DNA of 32,000 nucleotides from Haloquadratum walsbyi C23 (GTDB lineage Archaea > Halobacteriota > Halobacteria > Halobacteriales > Haloferacaceae). The stretch's first letter is position 1, and each line of letters starts with the position of its first letter. The notes beneath the pieces were generated by a model. It saw only the letters and a list, made by a program, of their open reading frames with translations, had not been told where the DNA came from and ran no database searches. The stretch spans positions 2,340,001 through 2,372,000 of the forward strand of contig NC_017459.1 in the NCBI RefSeq assembly GCF_000237865.1, read 5' to 3'. The position numbers were made by a program, and so were the translations under genes. Below are positions 27,988 to 32,000 of this stretch, piece by piece.

Positions 27988-29013
27988 ATGATTGCTAATA
28001 AAACAGTGTTAGTGACCGGTGGCGCGGGGTCGGTCGGTCGGATTCTCGTTCGTCAGCTACTTGATCGAAACCCGGAGGTAATTCGTATTCTCGATCAGAG
28101 CGAGCCGGGATTATCGAGACTCAAATCTCAGATTGACGACGAACGATGTCGGTTTCTTATGGGGAATGTTCGCGATAAGGATAGACTTGCTCGAGCTATG
28201 AATGGTGTCGATATCGTCATTCACACTGCGGCAATGAAGCATGTCGACATTAGCGAGTATAATCCGTTCGAGGCAGTCAAAACTAATGTGATGGGATTGC
28301 AGAATGTAGTTGATGCTGCAATTGATGCGGACGTGAACCGATTTGTATTCACTAGCAGTGATAAAGCAGCTCATCCTGCGAATACGATGGGAACGACCAA
28401 ATTATTGGGTGAGAAACTGGTTACGGCAGCGAACAAATATACTGGCGGACACGATATTCAGTTGTGTTCAGTCCGGTTCGGAAACGTAATTAATTCATCA
28501 CAATCGGTGATTCCGATATTCAAACGACAGATTGAGACCGGCGGTCCAGTGACATTAACTGATCCACAGATGAGTCGGTTCTTTCTCACATACAATGATG
28601 TAACCGAGTTGGTTATTGATGCGATGAACCATACAAAAGCCGGAGAGATTTTTATACAGAAGATGGACGCAATTGCAATTGAGGACTTGGCTGAAGCAAT
28701 GATCGATGTGTTTGCGCCGGCATACGATCACCCACCAACTGAAATTAAGATTGAGGAAACCGGGAGTCGTATCGGAGAGACACTCGATGAAAAGATACTC
28801 ACGAAACAGGAGGAGTTACGAACAGTTGAGAACGACTCGCTATATGCAATTCTGCCTGAGCAGAGTGAGGGAGACGATTATCTCGATCACTCGACTCTCG
28901 ATGGATTCGATCCCGTTGAGACGGTTGTCCGATCATCAGAACGCGCAAATAAATTATCTCAACCAGACATTCGTCACCTCCTCCGATCTGAGTTTGCTGG
29001 GGTGCTCGCATAA
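27988..29013 (+). CDS. UDP-N-acetylglucosamine 4,6-dehydratase of the PseB/FlaA1/CapE (short CapD) family, MxxxK variant
   Basis: 341 aa. It contains the Rossmann motif VLVTGGAGSVG, HTAAMKHVDISEYNPFEAVKTNVMG and SSDKAAHPANTMGTTK. Met134 lies where the SDR catalytic Tyr normally is. Confidence 0.85.
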   Translation: MIANKTVLVTGGAGSVGRILVRQLLDRNPEVIRILDQSEPGLSRLKSQIDDERCRFLMGNVRDKDRLARAMNGVDIVIHTAAMKHVDISEYNPFEAVKTNVMGLQNVVDAAIDADVNRFVFTSSDKAAHPANTMGTTKLLGEKLVTAANKYTGGHDIQLCSVRFGNVINSSQSVIPIFKRQIETGGPVTLTDPQMSRFFLTYNDVTELVIDAMNHTKAGEIFIQKMDAIAIEDLAEAMIDVFAPAYDHPPTEIKIEETGSRIGETLDEKILTKQEELRTVENDSLYAILPEQSEGDDYLDHSTLDGFDPVETVVRSSERANKLSQPDIRHLLRSEFAGVLA

Positions 29014-29969
29014 TGACCTCGGACACAGTTGTCGTCACTGGAGCAGCTGGTTTTATCGGTCGATGGGTGGTCCATGAGCTACTTGAGCGTGGATTTACCG
29101 TCCATGGGATAGATGACCTGCGGAATGGGTCTCAACGCAATATTGCCGCGTTTGATACCGAGGATGCATTCGAGTTTACTACTGGAAGCGTAACGACTCG
29201 TGACGATGTTGAGGCAGTTCTGACTGAGGAGGTAGATTTCTGTATTCACCTGGCAGCCGAGATTGATGTTCAAGAAAGTCTCGATGATCCAGACTCGCAC
29301 TTTGAGGCGAACATCGTGGGAACAAAGCATGTTCTTGAATTCTGTCGGGAGAATGAGATTGCACTCGGGCTGGTCGGGACGTGTATGGTATACGATATGG
29401 TCGAGTCTGAGGCGGGGATTGATGAATCCCACCCAGTGAAGCCAGCATCTCCATACGCTGGCTCGAAGCTTGCTGCAGAGAATCTTGCAGAGAGTTATTA
29501 TCACGGCTATGGACTGCCAGTGACGATCATGCGACCGTTCAATACGTACGGACCATTCCAGAAGACCGGTATGGCAGGTGGTGTTGTGTCGATTTTTACA
29601 AATCGCGATATTGCAGGCAAGTCACTCACAATATACGGTGACGGGACACAAACGCGCGATTTATTATATGTGACTGATTGTGCGGAGTTTATTATCGAAG
29701 CAACGCTGTCAGACGAGACTACCGGCGAAATACTGAATGCTGGAACTGGAACTGATATTTCGATTAACGAGCTTGCGGAGCTCATCGCAAGTGAGGATAC
29801 TGAAATTGAGCATGTTGAGCATCATCATCCACAGAGTGAGGTTGAAAAACTCTTATGTGACCCAGCAAAAGCACGTTCAATGATAGATTGGGAACCAACT
29901 GTCTCGCTTGCGGAGGGCGTCTCACGCCTTCGAGAGTGGCTGAAATCCCACGAGGAGGTATCAGCCTGA
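29013..29969 (+). CDS. NAD-dependent sugar-nucleotide epimerase/dehydratase (extended SDR)
   Basis: 318 aa. It has VVVTGAAGFIGRWV and the canonical YxxxK (PYAGSKLAAE). The start overlaps the upstream stop (TAATG). Confidence 0.85.
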   Translation: MTSDTVVVTGAAGFIGRWVVHELLERGFTVHGIDDLRNGSQRNIAAFDTEDAFEFTTGSVTTRDDVEAVLTEEVDFCIHLAAEIDVQESLDDPDSHFEANIVGTKHVLEFCRENEIALGLVGTCMVYDMVESEAGIDESHPVKPASPYAGSKLAAENLAESYYHGYGLPVTIMRPFNTYGPFQKTGMAGGVVSIFTNRDIAGKSLTIYGDGTQTRDLLYVTDCAEFIIEATLSDETTGEILNAGTGTDISINELAELIASEDTEIEHVEHHHPQSEVEKLLCDPAKARSMIDWEPTVSLAEGVSRLREWLKSHEEVSA

Positions 29970-31159
29970 TGAATAGTAGTAGCACCCCAGCACACTATGG
30001 AGGCAAGCCCATTCGTGATGAGGTCCTTGGATACGGTTCGCAGAGTATCTCTGAGGCAGATAAAAAAGCGATCACAGAGGCGCTTGAGGGCGACTATATT
30101 ACGCGCGGTCCAGCCGTCGAGGAGTTTGAACAGCGAGTTGCGGATTTCGTTGGCGTTGACCATGCGGTTGCGAGCACTTCAGGAACGACTGCACTGCATC
30201 TCGCTGGTGAGGCTGCCGGGTTCGAATCGGGAGACGAAGTAATCACGACACCACTCACATTCGTCTCGACTGCTCACGTCGCCACATATACTGGAGCAAC
30301 CCCAGTGTTCGCTGATATTGACCCACATCGGCGCTCACTTGATCCTGACGCAGTCCGCGAGCAAATCACAGACGATACGGCTGGAATCGTTCCGATGCAT
30401 TATGATGGATTGCCAGCCGATATTGAAGAATTGCTTACAATTGCCGATGAACATGATCTCACTGTTATCTGGGACGCCTGTCATGCGTTTGGCGGCGAGT
30501 GGCGAGACGAACTGATTGGTGCACAGCGGGATATGGTAATGTTCAGCTTTCATCCAGTCAAGAACATCACGACTGGGGAAGGGGGAATGGTCGTTACCGA
30601 TGATGATGAATTGGCGAAGCGATTACGCAGATTCCGCTCGTTTGACATGGACTATGCTCCAGCGGGGTATGAAGATGAACCATGGTATCAGGTCACCGAG
30701 GGAGTTGGGTATAATTATAACTTTACTGATATTCAGGCTGCATTAGGCTTAGCACAGCTCGATCGAATTGAAGAGTTCAAAGCTCAGCGAGATATGATCA
30801 TCGAATCATACAATGCGGCGTTTGAGGAGGTGCCAGGAATCCGTACGCCACCGGATCCTGTCGAATCCGATCCGATGCGTCATTTGTACGCGATTGAGGT
30901 CAACGAGGAGTTTGGATGTGACAGAAAAGAGTTTATTAACGCTATGCATGCTGAGAATCTCGGTGTACAGGTACACTATGTGCCATTGCATTATCACCCG
31001 TACTTCCAAGAGGAATTTGGATATGAAGAGGGGATGTTTCCCGTGGCTGAAGAGGTGTATGATAAGTTAGTGAGTATGCCGTTACATGCTGAGATGAACC
31101 AAGATGATATTGGAAAAGTGACCCAGGCAGTTGAGCGGCTTCACCGGTATCATAATTAA
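29969..31159 (+). CDS. DegT/DnrJ/EryC1/StrS-family PLP aminotransferase (PseC-like sugar 4-aminotransferase)
   Basis: The ATG at 29969 overlaps the upstream TGA (TGATG); the track ORF start at 29888 is an in-frame read-through of the overlap. GYGSQSISEADKKAITEAL...ITRGP and the PLP-lysine context SFHPVKNITTGEGG are present. Confidence 0.88.
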   Translation: MNSSSTPAHYGGKPIRDEVLGYGSQSISEADKKAITEALEGDYITRGPAVEEFEQRVADFVGVDHAVASTSGTTALHLAGEAAGFESGDEVITTPLTFVSTAHVATYTGATPVFADIDPHRRSLDPDAVREQITDDTAGIVPMHYDGLPADIEELLTIADEHDLTVIWDACHAFGGEWRDELIGAQRDMVMFSFHPVKNITTGEGGMVVTDDDELAKRLRRFRSFDMDYAPAGYEDEPWYQVTEGVGYNYNFTDIQAALGLAQLDRIEEFKAQRDMIIESYNAAFEEVPGIRTPPDPVESDPMRHLYAIEVNEEFGCDRKEFINAMHAENLGVQVHYVPLHYHPYFQEEFGYEEGMFPVAEEVYDKLVSMPLHAEMNQDDIGKVTQAVERLHRYHN

Positions 31160-31825
31160 GCGAAAATTATATACTTTTTGACCGATACTAACAGTTCATA
31201 TCATTTTGGGTATAAATTGTGGATCTATATGTCAACTATTCATAGGTATCGATGAGAACTCGTTCGGATAATATAATAGCAATTCACGACTCTGTCGACA
31301 ATTGTCTTTTCTGGGCCTTCCGGATTATGCTCTATGATGAATAGACTGTAGTTACATATTGGGTAGTCCAGTTTTCGAGTAGAGACACCGAAATTATCTT
31401 TGAGGGTGTCAGTATAGTTGAATAGGATGTTATATGGAAAACGTCGAACTCCAGATGCGATACCGCGAGAGCGGGAAGATTGCACTCTGTCGGTGATTGT
31501 CGTGCGTCATTCAGCATGGGTGGACTCAGCCATGAATTCAGCCTCAAACCAACCCGCTCATCAGGTATCCTTGTGGTTATGCTCAATGAGTGGCGTCTCA
31601 TACCCTGCGGCTGCTGTCATCCCTACAATATCGATGGAGAGCTTCGTCTTCTCCATCCCACCGTTCTGCTGCGTCGCTGCTATTTTAGCAGGTTATGCTA
31701 GCGTAGCTATACGTACCCTCCAAAATAGCGTGGATCTTAGTCAGATAAGAGCCCAACTCACGTCTCAGTGTCTTCATTTGAGTGGTTGAGGTGGGTTTAT
31801 TAGGTTGTTTGCGCTCTATTCATCT

Positions 31826-32000
31826 ATGAACGAGCTCAAGATCGGGGACCGGCTAGTTGGACCCGACGAACCGACGTTTGTGATCGCTGAAGCGGGATCA
31901 AATCATAATGGTGATCTTAGTATAGCAAAGGAACTGATTGAGGTTGCTGCAGACGCGGGGGCAGATGCAGTAAAGTTCCAGACGTTTCGTGCAGAGGATC
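31826..32000 (+). CDS. NeuB-family nonulosonic acid synthase (PseI/LegI/NeuB-like), N-terminal fragment running off the window
   Basis: It is not in the ORF track because it is open-ended. From the ATG at 31826 it reads MNELKIGDRLVGPDEPTFVIAEAGSNHNGDLSIAKELIEVAADAGADAVKFQTFRAED, the typical NeuB N-terminal TIM-barrel start. Confidence 0.8.
   Translation, partial: MNELKIGDRLVGPDEPTFVIAEAGSNHNGDLSIAKELIEVAADAGADAVKFQTFRAED

Noticed and set aside
1-32000. CRISPR arrays, rRNA genes, integrase/att sites, toxin-antitoxin pairs or known defence gene cassettes
   Set aside because: I saw no regularly spaced direct repeats. I also saw no rRNA-like conserved blocks, tyrosine or serine recombinase, or paired small ORFs with recognisable TA motifs. 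The helicases and nucleases present sit in conserved core context.

Overview
The window looks like chromosome from a haloarchaeon. The predicted proteins are strongly acidic, GC content is unusually low for that group and intergenic spacers are long, all of which resembles Haloquadratum; this is inferred from composition only.

Most of the window is conserved core. It holds the 3' end of a probable isopentenyl phosphate kinase, an MBL-fold hydrolase, an Lhr-type helicase and an OB/Cas4-nuclease/SF1B-helicase (Dna2-like) gene. Further along are an MsbA-like ABC exporter and a DUF2342-type HExxH protein. The complete archaeal alpha-operon-equivalent block lies on the minus strand: tRNA-Ser, S13, S4, S11, RpoD, tRNA-Leu, L18e, L13, S9, RpoN, RpoK, enolase, S2. 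The remaining core genes are a class I glutamine amidotransferase, MoaA and an Mrp/ApbC Fe-S carrier.

The non-core content is the more interesting part:
- Two apparently identical 1287-bp IS copies sit in inverted orientation at 7564..8850 and 23943..25229. Each has its own 5-bp target duplication, and together they bracket 15.1 kb that includes the ribosomal/RNAP block.
- The right end of one IS places a TATA-like box at promoter distance from the start codon of a downstream acidic orphan gene.
- An 828-aa STT3/AglB-like GT-C protein has a degenerate WWDYG motif and an N-terminal cytoplasmic winged-helix-like domain.
- From about 27.5 kb, an AT-rich-flanked sugar cluster begins: a PseB/CapE-type dehydratase with MxxxK, an extra SDR, a DegT/PseC aminotransferase and a NeuB-type synthase. 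It looks like the edge of a nonulosonic-acid surface-glycosylation island.

I saw no CRISPR array, rRNA gene or recognisable defence system. Nothing here amounts to a clearly new multi-gene system; the candidates above are single-gene or architectural oddities.
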